Shown here one piece after another: positions 38,457-48,278 of a stretch of DNA of 64,000 nucleotides; position 1 is the first letter of the stretch, and each line of letters opens with the position of its first letter. The position numbers and the translations under genes are program-made. Location: the NCBI GenBank assembly GCA_964596615.1, contig CAZQUN010000001.1:1750-65749 (forward strand), given 5' to 3'. The DNA is from an uncultured Candidatus Saccharibacteria bacterium (GTDB taxonomy: Bacteria > Patescibacteriota > Minisyncoccia > Portnoybacterales > UBA2143). The notes under the pieces were generated by a model, which was not told the origin of the DNA, did no database searches, and saw nothing but the letters and a program-made list of their open reading frames with translations.

Positions 38457-38855
38457 TTAATGACCCACGTATGCCAAACACTTTTCTACTTTTCTTTCTT
38501 TAAACACGTGGTATCGAGCGTATCCATCGAAAATCAGTAAATCAGAACCTCGAAGTATTAAAGGAGGAATTGGTTTGTCTTGAGAGTTTAATTTTTGCTG
38601 CTCTTTGATTCTTGGCAAAAGGTCTTTCTGAAATTTTTCCGTTTTAAGCATTTCGTAATTCGGTTTAATTTTCCTCACCTCAATTACCTCTAAACTCCAT
38701 TCGGATTTATATAAATCATCTCCATATTTCAAAAAATCGTCTCCGCTCCATTCCTTGTTAGCAATCTCTACCACATAATCTTTTATTTTATCCTCGCTTA
38801 CTAAGCAATATCTAATTCCGTTCAATTTTTTTTCTTTTTTAAAAGATATTTTCAT
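38457..38855 (-). CDS. ParB/Sulfiredoxin-like domain protein
   Basis: IPPLIL...LIFDGYARY resembles the ParB N-terminal DGxxR motif; start set to MKISF. Confidence 0.55.
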   Translation of the reverse strand: MKISFKKEKKLNGIRYCLVSEDKIKDYVVEIANKEWSGDDFLKYGDDLYKSEWSLEVIEVRKIKPNYEMLKTEKFQKDLLPRIKEQQKLNSQDKPIPPLILRGSDLLIFDGYARYHVFKERKVEKCLAYVGH

Positions 38856-38859
38856 ATGT

Positions 38860-41247
38860 TTATTTATTCCCACAACACCTTTTATACTTCTTCCCCGAGC
38901 CACATGGACAGGGAGAATTTCGACCAACCTTGTTCTTGTCTTGAACTTTTGGGCTATGCTGATGATGCTCATGGTGATGTTGCCCGGCCGGAGCCAATCC
39001 GACCTGATAAATCATTTTAACTGCTGTTGCCTCAATCGAACCAAGTAATTGCTGGAATAATCTCATTCCTTCATTTTTGTATTCAATCAAAGGGTCTTTC
39101 TGGCCATAGGCCCGCAAACGAACGCTATCCCTTAAATGATCCATATTATCCAAATGGTCCATCCATAAGATATCAACACTTCGAAGCAGAACAAACTTTT
39201 CTGCCTGTCGCATATTTTCTTTTCCCAATTCCTCTTCTTTTTTTTGATAAGTTTCAAGCATTTCTTTTTCTTTTCCTTTTGCCTGTTCTTCGATCATTTC
39301 TATTATTTCTTTTTTAAGGTCTTCTTTTTCTAGAATCTCTCTTCGTCTTTTGTAAATTGTTTCTCTTTGTTTATTCAAAACATCATCATATTCCAAAACA
39401 TGTTTTCTCATATCAAAATGGTGGCCTTCAATTTTTGACTGAGCTGATTCAATTGCTTTTGAAACTAATTTGTTTTCTATGGGCTGGTCATCAGGAACCC
39501 TTAATGTTTCCATTAATGATTTAACCCGGTCACCGCCAAAAATTCGCATCAAATCATCTTCCAATGAAACAAAGAACTGACTTGAACCAGGATCGCCCTG
39601 CCTGCCGGAACGACCGCGCAACTGGTTATCAATCCTTCTGGCTTCATGACGCTCTGTTCCGATAACATGAAGGCCGCCTAATTGAACGACTCCTTCGCCC
39701 AAAACAATATCAACTCCCCGACCAGCCATATTAGTCGCAACTGTGACTGCGCCTTTTTGCCCGGCCCGAGAAATGATTTTGGCTTCTTGTTCATGATTCT
39801 TGGCATTTAGAATCTGGTGAGTAATTCCTTCTTTTTGAAGATATTTGGAAAGAAGTTCATTTTTTTCAATTGAAACTGTTCCGACTAAAACCGGCTGTCC
39901 TTTTTGATATCTTTGTTTAATCTCTTTAACCAATGCCTCGATTTTACCTTTTTCATTTTTGTAAATACTGTCGGGCAAATCTTTCCTCACCATCTCCTTG
40001 TTGGTCGGAATGACAATAACATCCAAGTTATAGACCTTATGGAATTCTTCGGCTGAAGTCAAGGCTGTTCCGGTCATACCAGCCAATTTGGGATACATTC
40101 TGAAATAGTTCTGGAAAGTGATTGAAGCCAAGGTCCGGCTTTCATGCTGGACATTAACTTTTTCTTTGGCTTCCAGGGCCTGATGAAGCCCGTCAGAATA
40201 TCTTCGACCCGGCATTAACCGACCGGTAAATTCATCGACAATTATGACCTGGCCGTCTTTAACAACATAATCCTTGTCTTTTTTGAAAACAATTTCTGCT
40301 CTTAGGGCCTGTTCCAAATGATGGACATAGCGAATTCCCTGCTGGTAAATATTATCCATGCCTAATATTTTTTCTACCTTGTTAATCCCTTCTTCGGTCA
40401 AAGTAACGGCCTTGGCTTTTTCATCTAGATTGTAATCAGCGCTTTCTTTTAGCTTGGGAACAATCGCAGAAAACTGCTGATACATTTTGGTTGATTCAAC
40501 ATCGGGCATGGAGATTATTAAAGGAGTCCTGGCTTCATCAATTAAAATACTATCAACTTCGTCAATGATGGCGAAATGGGGTTTTCTTTGGACCATTACT
40601 TCCAAAGAAGGAGCCATATTATCTCTCAAATAGTCAAAGCCGAATTCATTATTGGTTCCGTACAAAATATCGGCAGCATAAGCTTCTTTTCTTGAAACTT
40701 CTTTCAGGTTTTCCATTTCAACGCTGACTTCTTCTCCGTCCGGTTTTGTTTCGGGAGAAAACAAATATGATTTTTCATGATTAAGGCAGGCGCAAGTCAG
40801 TCCGAGCAAATGATAAATTGGACCCATCCAATTGGCATCTCTTCGGGATAAATAGTCATTAACGGTGATAATATGAACACCATTGCCTGATAGGGCGTTT
40901 AAATAAACTGAAAGAGTCGCGGCTAAAGTTTTTCCTTCGCCGGTTTTCATTTCAGCAATTTTTCCTTGATGAAGAGTGATTCCGCCGATTAATTGAGAAT
41001 CAAAATGCCGCTGGCCAATGGTTCGTTTAGCCGCTTCTCTGATTAAAGCAAAAGCCTCGGGCAGAATATCATCTAAAGTTTTTCCATTTTTTAATTCCTC
41101 TTTGAAACTCTTGGTTTTTTCTTTCAATTTTTCACTAGAAAAAGACTCGAACTGGGGTTCGAGTTGATTTACCTTTTCAACCAATGACTCCATCTTTTTT
41201 AGTTCCTTCTCATTAGCATTACCAAGGAATTTATTTAATATGGACAT
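38860..41247 (-). CDS. secA: Preprotein translocase ATPase SecA
   Basis: [43 protein letters not shown] motif [13 protein letters not shown]. Confidence 0.97.
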   Translation of the reverse strand: MSILNKFLGNANEKELKKMESLVEKVNQLEPQFESFSSEKLKEKTKSFKEELKNGKTLDDILPEAFALIREAAKRTIGQRHFDSQLIGGITLHQGKIAEMKTGEGKTLAATLSVYLNALSGNGVHIITVNDYLSRRDANWMGPIYHLLGLTCACLNHEKSYLFSPETKPDGEEVSVEMENLKEVSRKEAYAADILYGTNNEFGFDYLRDNMAPSLEVMVQRKPHFAIIDEVDSILIDEARTPLIISMPDVESTKMYQQFSAIVPKLKESADYNLDEKAKAVTLTEEGINKVEKILGMDNIYQQGIRYVHHLEQALRAEIVFKKDKDYVVKDGQVIIVDEFTGRLMPGRRYSDGLHQALEAKEKVNVQHESRTLASITFQNYFRMYPKLAGMTGTALTSAEEFHKVYNLDVIVIPTNKEMVRKDLPDSIYKNEKGKIEALVKEIKQRYQKGQPVLVGTVSIEKNELLSKYLQKEGITHQILNAKNHEQEAKIISRAGQKGAVTVATNMAGRGVDIVLGEGVVQLGGLHVIGTERHEARRIDNQLRGRSGRQGDPGSSQFFVSLEDDLMRIFGGDRVKSLMETLRVPDDQPIENKLVSKAIESAQSKIEGHHFDMRKHVLEYDDVLNKQRETIYKRRREILEKEDLKKEIIEMIEEQAKGKEKEMLETYQKKEEELGKENMRQAEKFVLLRSVDILWMDHLDNMDHLRDSVRLRAYGQKDPLIEYKNEGMRLFQQLLGSIEATAVKMIYQVGLAPAGQHHHEHHQHSPKVQDKNKVGRNSPCPCGSGKKYKRCCGNK

Positions 41248-41253
41248 GGTAAT

Positions 41254-41282
41254 ATTCTAGGATAAAACAAAGAAAAAATCAA
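41254..41282 (-). promoter_or_regulatory. Probable leaderless secA promoter
   Basis: TTGATT-17-TAGAAT, then 6 nt to ATG. Confidence 0.6.
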
Positions 41283-41290
41283 CCAACAAC

Positions 41291-41313
41291 AAAAAGCAGC
41301 AATGCTGCTTTTT
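41291..41313. terminator. Palindromic terminator-like element
   Basis: AAAAAGCAGCA-A-TGCTGCTTTTT. Confidence 0.55.
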
Positions 41314-41349
41314 ATACTAGCAAGTGAAATTGGAATCTATTATCAAAAA

Positions 41350-41475
41350 CTATTTCTTCTTCTTTCTCCGAACGACTCTTTTCTTGGTTGTTTTTTTTCT
41401 CTTAGCAACTTTTCTCTTTTTTGGAACAGCTTTCTTTACTTTTTTAGCTATTTTCTTCCTAAGTTTTTTTAACAT
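41350..41475 (-). CDS. 41-aa highly basic, histone-H1/protamine-like peptide (not in ORF track)
   Basis: MLKKLRKKIAKKVKKAVPKKRKVAKRKKTTKKRVVRRKKKK*; 26 of 41 residues K/R; between hpf and a terminator. Confidence 0.65.
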   Translation of the reverse strand: MLKKLRKKIAKKVKKAVPKKRKVAKRKKTTKKRVVRRKKKK

Positions 41476-41526
41476 TTTTTTGTATTTATTAATATATGGA
41501 CAAACCGACCTCCCATTTATCCATCA

Positions 41527-41940
41527 CTATTTCCTCCTAAGAATTTTATTAACCTTCGAACCGCGGAAACGCGCCAGAGGGCTAACCTGCCAGAATTTTT
41601 TCCAGGAACGAGCTCCTCTAATATATTTAGTCGCTTCCTTTTCTTTGTAATGCTTTATTTCTCTGGCTAATTCATCCCTGACTAAGTCAATTGCCGCGTT
41701 TAAGGACTCTTCTGTTTTTTCAGCCCGGATCATATGTCCGTTCAAACCTAAATTAACTTCGGTTAAATAAATATCTCCTTTCCTTTGTCCGCGAGTAACC
41801 ATTCCAACCTCAACCCTGGCCTCAACTAAATTAGGATCAAATTTTCTTAAAAACTTCTCCAAGCCGCCAATCTTTTCCTCGATGTATTGTTTAATGCTTG
41901 GAGATAATTGAATATTGGTTGCTTTAATGACTATCTTCAT
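41527..41940 (-). CDS. hpf: Ribosome hibernation promoting factor (HPF/RaiA)
   Basis: IKATNIQLSPSIKQYIEEKI, ESLNAAIDLV...IKHYKEK. Confidence 0.88.
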   Translation of the reverse strand: MKIVIKATNIQLSPSIKQYIEEKIGGLEKFLRKFDPNLVEARVEVGMVTRGQRKGDIYLTEVNLGLNGHMIRAEKTEESLNAAIDLVRDELAREIKHYKEKEATKYIRGARSWKKFWQVSPLARFRGSKVNKILRRK

Positions 41941-41962
41941 ATTTCTATTCTAGCATAGAAAA

Positions 41963-42817
41963 TTAAAATCCCAAATACTCAATTTCTTCTTCTAATTCTA
42001 TTTGATATTTTTCTTTGATTGTTTCCTTGATTAAATCAATCAATTTAATTACATCTTTGGCCTTGGCGTTGTTAGAGTTGATAATGAAATTAGCGTGTTT
42101 CTGAGATACAACTGCTCCGCCAATCTTTTTACCTTTCAGGCCAGCTTGATCAATGAGGCGGCCAGCTGGAACTGTGTTGTCCCAACAAACAATATCTCTA
42201 GGAATTAACTTCTCTGCTTTTGCTTCGGATTCCGCAATTTTTGTATTTTTGAAAATACACCCCGGGCAAAATTCCCCAATCGGCTGAGTCTGTTTTCTTT
42301 TTTTAATAATTTCCTTAATTAATTTTCTGCTTTCTTTTTGCTTTCCTTTTTCTAATTCTAATTCAACTGAGAGAATAATATTATCTTTTTTTTCTGTCTT
42401 TTTAACTAAATTCTTCATTTCTCCGCCAAAGCAAGAAGCATTAACTTTAACCGCCCCGCCGATTGTTCCCGGAATGCCAATTGCCCATTCCAATCCGGCC
42501 AAACTATTCTCAACTGAAAAATTAACTAAATCACTTAATCTTGCTCCGGCTTCTGATATAATCCTATTGCCCTTAATTGAGTAATTTCTGTTTTCGGTTT
42601 TAATGACTAATCCATTAAATCCCTTATCGCTGATTAAAAGATTACTCCCGCCGCCGAGAATAAAAAAAGGCAGGTTTTCTTTTTTAGCAAAATCAACTGC
42701 CTTAATCAAATCCTGACTGTTTTTAATAACAAAGAAATATTTAGCTGGCCCGCCAATCCTAAAAGTCGTATAGGGCGCTAGCAAAACATTCTTTTGGAAA
42801 TTATTGATACATAACAT
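41963..42817 (-). CDS. murB: UDP-N-acetylmuramate dehydrogenase
   Basis: TTFRIGGPA, LGGGSNLL, GIPGTIGGAV, KHANFIIN, LEEEI; start approximate. Confidence 0.93.
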   Translation of the reverse strand: MLCINNFQKNVLLAPYTTFRIGGPAKYFFVIKNSQDLIKAVDFAKKENLPFFILGGGSNLLISDKGFNGLVIKTENRNYSIKGNRIISEAGARLSDLVNFSVENSLAGLEWAIGIPGTIGGAVKVNASCFGGEMKNLVKKTEKKDNIILSVELELEKGKQKESRKLIKEIIKKRKQTQPIGEFCPGCIFKNTKIAESEAKAEKLIPRDIVCWDNTVPAGRLIDQAGLKGKKIGGAVVSQKHANFIINSNNAKAKDVIKLIDLIKETIKEKYQIELEEEIEYLGF

Positions 42818-44585
42818 CGGCGCCAGTGGTGTAATAGCCAACTTCCCAATCATTGACAACATAGACCATATCCCATTTATGGCCAGTCAGAGCAAATTCT
42901 TCAGCAGTCATATTAAGCCAATGCTTTGTTCCATCAGCGTTTAATTCGTAGACCTTAGTACCACTTACTCCTCTAATCATCCATGATTCCGTATATTGAT
43001 TCAAAACAGACTGGTCAATATCAATAATATCTTCCCATTTCAAATGGCCGTAGCGATTGAAAAGTTCGGCCGTTTGTATCCATCTTTTGTAATTGCCTTT
43101 GACAATATAGACCTTGTAGCCGCCTTTGGCTCTGATTAGACTGCCGTCTGGGTAAATAACCGAAGGATTGTTTTCGGAAGAACCTTCTTCTGGAGAATCT
43201 GATTCTTCCGGAACCAAATCATTTGAAATACTTGAGGCGGTAAAAGAGAAAAGAGTAAAAGGATCACTGCTCTTAAAATCACTTTCTTTGAACTGGTTAA
43301 TTGGAATAAGAGTAACGGTTTTGTCTGAGCTGGTGAAGTTGGGGATATAGGCTATTCCCTTTTTATCTTCCAAGGAAAGAGTTTTAACCGTCGTGTTACT
43401 ATACTGGTCAGTAATAATATATGGAACGCTGAAATTACTCCGGTACTGGTCAGCCGAAGCATCAAATTCCAGTTTCAAGGCATCGTTTTCAGTTGGAACA
43501 GTTCCATTCTGCCTGAACCGATACCAGCGAGGCGACCAATCTTTAACCGAACTGCTCCGAGAAACAATCAGACCGGGAAAGCCGCTGTAACTGGCAGAAT
43601 AGTTAACTTTCAATCTTTGAGGGGTCAGGTTTTTATTTAGATAGCAATACTGGCCGCTGTCAATTTGGCAATTATTCAGATAATTAGCTATTGCCCAGTC
43701 AGTAAAAACATCAGAAAATGTTTTTGAATAACCCAAGCTCGACAGGGCAAAATTAATGCTTTCTATCCCAGTCTTGCCGCTCAAAATCGTTCGGGTTAAA
43801 ACTTCTTGGCCGTAATGGTCAACTAGATAGTGTACAAACAGGTTAATTGCTCCGTAATCAGGAACATTGTTTTTCCATTCAGCCAAGGGCTCTGTTGGAT
43901 AATCTAGAAAAGTGTCAACCCGGTCAGCCAAATAACTGTTGTTATAACTCTCACTATACCCACAGACTGTTGGCGCATATTCAGACCGGGCTTCATTCAG
44001 CCAAATATCATCTTCAATACCATGAACAATTGTTTTCTGATAAAAACTGATTAAGTGTTGGAATTCATGGGCAATAAGGGCTTTGTTTTTTGAGCTAAAA
44101 ACATTAACAGCATTGAAATAGATCATTTCCCTTTCATTGGAACTGGCAATTTCCGAACGAGAATACTCATCATAGGTGTTAAAATAGCCACCAGCGTCAC
44201 TAACTAATTCAGTCGCCAAAATGGTGATCCGACTGTCATCATCAATGCCCGGATTCCACTCTGAACCATAGACCGCCCTCAATTTAGGGTAAATAATATT
44301 GTCGAATTCATCAGCCAGAATTTCAAGTTCTTCCCTGATAGCATTTTTGTATGTTCCATTTAATTTCTGGTAATAGTCGTCTTCTAAATAAAAGTAGGCG
44401 TGTTCGCCGATAGCCTTCATGGTCGCCGTAATCTGGGCTCGACCGGAAACATCATAGGTCGAATCAACAAAAAAAGTTTTCTGATCATTAAGATTATCAG
44501 CCAGAGCCAGAGAAGGAAAAACAAAAAATCCTCCTAGAATAAAGAGACCGAAAACTCCAAATTTTAAGTTAATTCTGTAACTCAT
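42801..44585 (-). CDS. Secreted zinc metallopeptidase-like protein with C-terminal repeat domain
   Basis: Signal peptide; AHEFQH plus WLNEA; Ser/Glu linker; DGSLIRA..KVY...KRWI / KVY...KHWL repeats. Confidence 0.75.
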   Translation of the reverse strand: MSYRINLKFGVFGLFILGGFFVFPSLALADNLNDQKTFFVDSTYDVSGRAQITATMKAIGEHAYFYLEDDYYQKLNGTYKNAIREELEILADEFDNIIYPKLRAVYGSEWNPGIDDDSRITILATELVSDAGGYFNTYDEYSRSEIASSNEREMIYFNAVNVFSSKNKALIAHEFQHLISFYQKTIVHGIEDDIWLNEARSEYAPTVCGYSESYNNSYLADRVDTFLDYPTEPLAEWKNNVPDYGAINLFVHYLVDHYGQEVLTRTILSGKTGIESINFALSSLGYSKTFSDVFTDWAIANYLNNCQIDSGQYCYLNKNLTPQRLKVNYSASYSGFPGLIVSRSSSVKDWSPRWYRFRQNGTVPTENDALKLEFDASADQYRSNFSVPYIITDQYSNTTVKTLSLEDKKGIAYIPNFTSSDKTVTLIPINQFKESDFKSSDPFTLFSFTASSISNDLVPEESDSPEEGSSENNPSVIYPDGSLIRAKGGYKVYIVKGNYKRWIQTAELFNRYGHLKWEDIIDIDQSVLNQYTESWMIRGVSGTKVYELNADGTKHWLNMTAEEFALTGHKWDMVYVVNDWEVGYYTTGADVMYQ

Positions 44586-44672
44586 AAGTATCTATTTATT
44601 TTAATTGATTTACCTTGATTTATCAAGTCAAGGTGATAGAATGAAAGAACTTGTATATAATAATTTTTTAAT

Positions 44673-46031
44673 ATGCCTAATCTGAAAAAAATCACCCTAT
44701 TCTTCGGTGATGTTATAATCCTTTATTCTTCCCTCTGGCTAATGCTCTTTATCCGCTACGGGGGCAGTTTTGATATGGGGAGATTTGAACAACACTTCTG
44801 GCCTTTCACTATTATCTACTTTTTTTGGTTAATCATCTTTTACATTATCGGTCTCTATGATTTAACCCTAGCTAGAAACAACATTAATTTCTATTCAACC
44901 CTGTTTAAGACATTGGCTATTAATGCTGGTTTGGCAATCTCCTTCTTCTACTTCATTCCATATTTCGGCATCACTCCAAAAACAAATCTTTTTCTTAATC
45001 TTGTCATTGTCGCTTTTCTAATCTCTTTCTGGAGACAAGCCTATAATCGTCTCCTTAAATCCCAGGCTCTAATCAATAATGTCCTCATTATCGGCAAAAG
45101 CGATAAAAACAAGGAAACCAGGCAGATAATGAAATTGGTTAAAAGTAATCCTCAGCTGGGCTATCGGGTAATAAAGACAATTAAGCCAAGCGAGATAAGG
45201 ACCGCCTTTGACCTATTAGAAATGGCTACCCAGAGAAACATTAAAACTATCATTACTGCCATTGATCCCCATTATGATTCTAAATTAGTCCAGAGCTTGT
45301 ATCAATGCCTTCCCCTCAAAATCCATTTCAGCGACCTGCCTTCCTTTTATGAAAAAACATTAGGCAAAGTTCCAATTTCTTCCATTGGTGAAATCTGGTT
45401 TCTGGAAAATCTAACCGAAAGCCAGAAAAACTTCTACGAAGCGGCTAAAAGAATTATTGACATGATTGGGGCTTTGGTTTTCGGATTAGTTAGTCTAATC
45501 TTGTACCCTTTTGTTACTTTAGCCGTTAAGATAGACAGTCCTGGGCCAATTTTTATCAAACAAAGAAGGATTGGTCACGACGGACAGATTTTTACTTTGT
45601 ATAAATTTAGAACTATGTATGCCACCACCAAAGACGGTAGTAGTGAGCCAGGAGGGAAACCTATTTACGCTCAGGTCAATGATCCTCGCATTACTAAATC
45701 AGGCAAATTCTTAAGAAAGAGCCGGTTAGATGAATTGCCCCAGTTATTTAATATTTTATTCGGTCAAATGAGCTTTATTGGTCCCCGACCAGAAAGAATT
45801 GAATTTGTCCAGCAATGTGAAAAAGAAACCCCTTACTATCAAATTCGTCATATTGTTAAACCCGGTTTAACCGGCTGGGCGCAGGTCAATTTCAGATACG
45901 GCGCTTCAGTCAAAGACAGCATTGAAAAACTTCAATACGAACTCTACTATATCAAACACCGCTCTCCAATTTTAGACTTGAGCATTCTTTTAAAAACAAT
46001 CACCATTGTTTTGAAAGGAGGAGGCCGATAA
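44673..46031 (+). CDS. Polyprenyl-phosphate sugar-1-phosphate transferase (WcaJ/WbaP-like priming enzyme)
   Basis: KRIID, KFRTM, DPRIT, RLDELPQ, MSFIGPRPE, KPGLTGWAQV. Confidence 0.93.
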   Translation: MPNLKKITLFFGDVIILYSSLWLMLFIRYGGSFDMGRFEQHFWPFTIIYFFWLIIFYIIGLYDLTLARNNINFYSTLFKTLAINAGLAISFFYFIPYFGITPKTNLFLNLVIVAFLISFWRQAYNRLLKSQALINNVLIIGKSDKNKETRQIMKLVKSNPQLGYRVIKTIKPSEIRTAFDLLEMATQRNIKTIITAIDPHYDSKLVQSLYQCLPLKIHFSDLPSFYEKTLGKVPISSIGEIWFLENLTESQKNFYEAAKRIIDMIGALVFGLVSLILYPFVTLAVKIDSPGPIFIKQRRIGHDGQIFTLYKFRTMYATTKDGSSEPGGKPIYAQVNDPRITKSGKFLRKSRLDELPQLFNILFGQMSFIGPRPERIEFVQQCEKETPYYQIRHIVKPGLTGWAQVNFRYGASVKDSIEKLQYELYYIKHRSPILDLSILLKTITIVLKGGGR

Positions 46032-46891
46032 TGAAATTCTCTATCATCATCCCAACCTATAACGAAGAAGAATCTATTGGGCAAACCTTAGAAGAATTAA
46101 AGGAATATTTGAGTGGTAAAAAATATCAGGCTGAAATTATTGTCATTAACGACGGCTCCAAAGATCAGACCCAAAAAATACTTGAAAACATCAAAGGGAT
46201 TAAGGTGATTAATAGTCCATACAACAAGGGATATGGAGCCTCAATTAAAAGCGGGGTAAGTCAAGCCCAGTATAGCTGGATTTTGCTCTATGACGGCGAT
46301 GGACAGCACCGGCCGGAATATATTGAAAAATTAGTCAGAGAAAGAAAAGATTTTGATATGATTATTGGAGCCAGAACCGGATACAAAGGGCCGATTTCCC
46401 GACAGCCGGGGAAAAAACTTCTAACCTGGATAGCTAACTATTTAGTCCAGCAGAAAATCCCTGATTTAAATTCCGGTTTCCGTTTAGTCAAAAAGAATCT
46501 ATTTTTGAAATTCTCACATATTTTTCCAAGCGGGTTCTCTCTAACAACAACCATTACTCTGGCTTTTTTCAAAGAAGGCCTTAATGTTAGATATATTCCA
46601 ATTAGAATAAACAAGAGGAAAGGAAAAAGCACTGTTGGGACAAAAGACGGCTTTGAAGCCATAATGACTGTTTTCAGAACTGTGACTCTTTTTTCTCCTC
46701 TAAGAATATTTTTCCCAGCCAGTTTTCTGCTTTTCTGTCTTTCTATTGTCATTTCAATTATCCAGTCTATTCCCTTAAAAGAATTTAATATAAGTGATGC
46801 GACAATTTTAATTTTTGTCTCATCCTTATTCCTATTCTTCTTCGGTCTTTTAGCTGACCAAGTTTCAGCTATCCGAAGAGAAAAAAAATAG
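46031..46891 (+). CDS. GT2 glycosyltransferase (Dol-P-Man synthase-like, two C-terminal TMs)
   Basis: IIPTYNEE, NDGSKD, NKGYGA, DGDGQH, DLNSGFR. Confidence 0.9.
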   Translation: MKFSIIIPTYNEEESIGQTLEELKEYLSGKKYQAEIIVINDGSKDQTQKILENIKGIKVINSPYNKGYGASIKSGVSQAQYSWILLYDGDGQHRPEYIEKLVRERKDFDMIIGARTGYKGPISRQPGKKLLTWIANYLVQQKIPDLNSGFRLVKKNLFLKFSHIFPSGFSLTTTITLAFFKEGLNVRYIPIRINKRKGKSTVGTKDGFEAIMTVFRTVTLFSPLRIFFPASFLLFCLSIVISIIQSIPLKEFNISDATILIFVSSLFLFFFGLLADQVSAIRREKK

Positions 46892-46894
46892 CTT

Positions 46895-47551
46895 ATGGAT
46901 TTTTTTAACCTAATTAAAACCAGGAGAAGCGTTAGGATTTTCCAGGACAAAGAAGTCGACCAAGAATCGATTAAAAAGATTATCGAGATGGCGACTTATG
47001 CTCCTTCAGCCTGCAACATCCAGGGCTGGAGATTCATTATCATCACCGATCAGAAGAAAAAAGAAGAAATTGTTAATTTGGGCGGCTCAGTCATTATCAA
47101 AAGCGCTCCGGTTGGCATTTTAGTCCTCTATGATAACCAAACTAAAAACACTCAATACTCCGACGATGTTCAAAGCGCTTCCGCCGCTATCCAGAATCTA
47201 CTTTTATCAGCCCATTCTTTAGGACTGGGCGCCTGCTGGATTTGTCATCTTCCTCCTAAAAATCAGTTAAGAAAACTATTTCAAATTCCAAATTCTCTAT
47301 CGCCGGTTGCGTATGTTATCCTTGGCCATAAGAAAAATGAACCAGGCCAGGTACCAAGGAAATACAACCTCAGCCAGCTTATCAGTTACAATGCTTTTTC
47401 TTCAAATGTTCCTCTGAAAAATATCAATTTTCTGAAAGTTTTCATCCTGAGAGCCCTAATGAAAACGTATTTCCTTATCCCAAAACTCATCAGGAAAAAA
47501 TGGCTGAATAAATTCGCTGATAAAAGATTTGTTAAAAAGTTCGAGAATTAA
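46895..47551 (+). CDS. Nitroreductase family protein
   Basis: RRSVR, APSACNIQGW, AAIQNLLLSAHSLGLGACW. Confidence 0.9.
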   Translation: MDFFNLIKTRRSVRIFQDKEVDQESIKKIIEMATYAPSACNIQGWRFIIITDQKKKEEIVNLGGSVIIKSAPVGILVLYDNQTKNTQYSDDVQSASAAIQNLLLSAHSLGLGACWICHLPPKNQLRKLFQIPNSLSPVAYVILGHKKNEPGQVPRKYNLSQLISYNAFSSNVPLKNINFLKVFILRALMKTYFLIPKLIRKKWLNKFADKRFVKKFEN

Positions 47552-47552
47552 A

Positions 47553-48278
47553 ATGAAGAATAAATTTACCATTGAACAAGTTCGAGAATTTTGGAATGAG
47601 ACCGCCCCTATTTACGAAGATTGCAACAAAAAAGTAGAAGATACCCATCATCAAAGATTTAAGGAAGCAGTCAAACACTTGAAATTAGAGTCCGGACAAA
47701 AAGTTTTAAATATCTGGGCAAGAACCGGCTTAGCTATTCCTTATCTCCGCCGAGAATGCCCTGAGATTGAAATATTTAACCTAGAGGTTTCGCCTGAGTT
47801 TATTAAAATCGCTCAAAAGAAATTCCCTAATGAAAAATTCCAGCAAACCGATTTAGACTATCTGCCTTTCGAAGACAACTATTTTGACCAAATCCTTTCT
47901 CTTGAAACCCTTGAGCACACTCCTAATCCTTCCCTTTTTCTAAAAGAACTTTTCCGAACTTTAAAGCCAGGGAAAACATTGGTAATGAGTTGTCCGCCAG
48001 CCATAACCGATATTCCTTTTAAAATCTATGGAATTATTTTCAACGACCATGGCGAGGGACCTCATAAATTCCCTTCCTCTCGAAGAGTAAAAAAACTTTT
48101 GAAAGAAACTGGTTTCAGGCTCATTCTTCACAAAGGAACCCTTCTAATTAATCTTGGTCCTCAGTGGCTAAAGGATTTTGGGGAAAGAATTATAAACAAA
48201 TTCCAAAAAACACCAATTAGTGAATTAGGCTTTAGACAATTCTATGTTGCCAAAAAAGAAAATAATTCTAACATTTGA
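47553..48278 (+). CDS. Class I SAM-dependent methyltransferase-like protein with atypical motif I
   Basis: LPFEDNYFD, LETLEH, LKPGK; motif I reads LNIWARTG. Confidence 0.8.
   Translation: MKNKFTIEQVREFWNETAPIYEDCNKKVEDTHHQRFKEAVKHLKLESGQKVLNIWARTGLAIPYLRRECPEIEIFNLEVSPEFIKIAQKKFPNEKFQQTDLDYLPFEDNYFDQILSLETLEHTPNPSLFLKELFRTLKPGKTLVMSCPPAITDIPFKIYGIIFNDHGEGPHKFPSSRRVKKLLKETGFRLILHKGTLLINLGPQWLKDFGERIINKFQKTPISELGFRQFYVAKKENNSNI

Noticed and set aside
41495-41525. Possible hairpin/AGGTCG element between hpf and the basic peptide
   Set aside because: A single weak occurrence; no function can be supported from it.
41324-41650. 108-aa Phe-rich plus-strand ORF
   Set aside because: It is the antisense shadow of the Lys-rich peptide and hpf.
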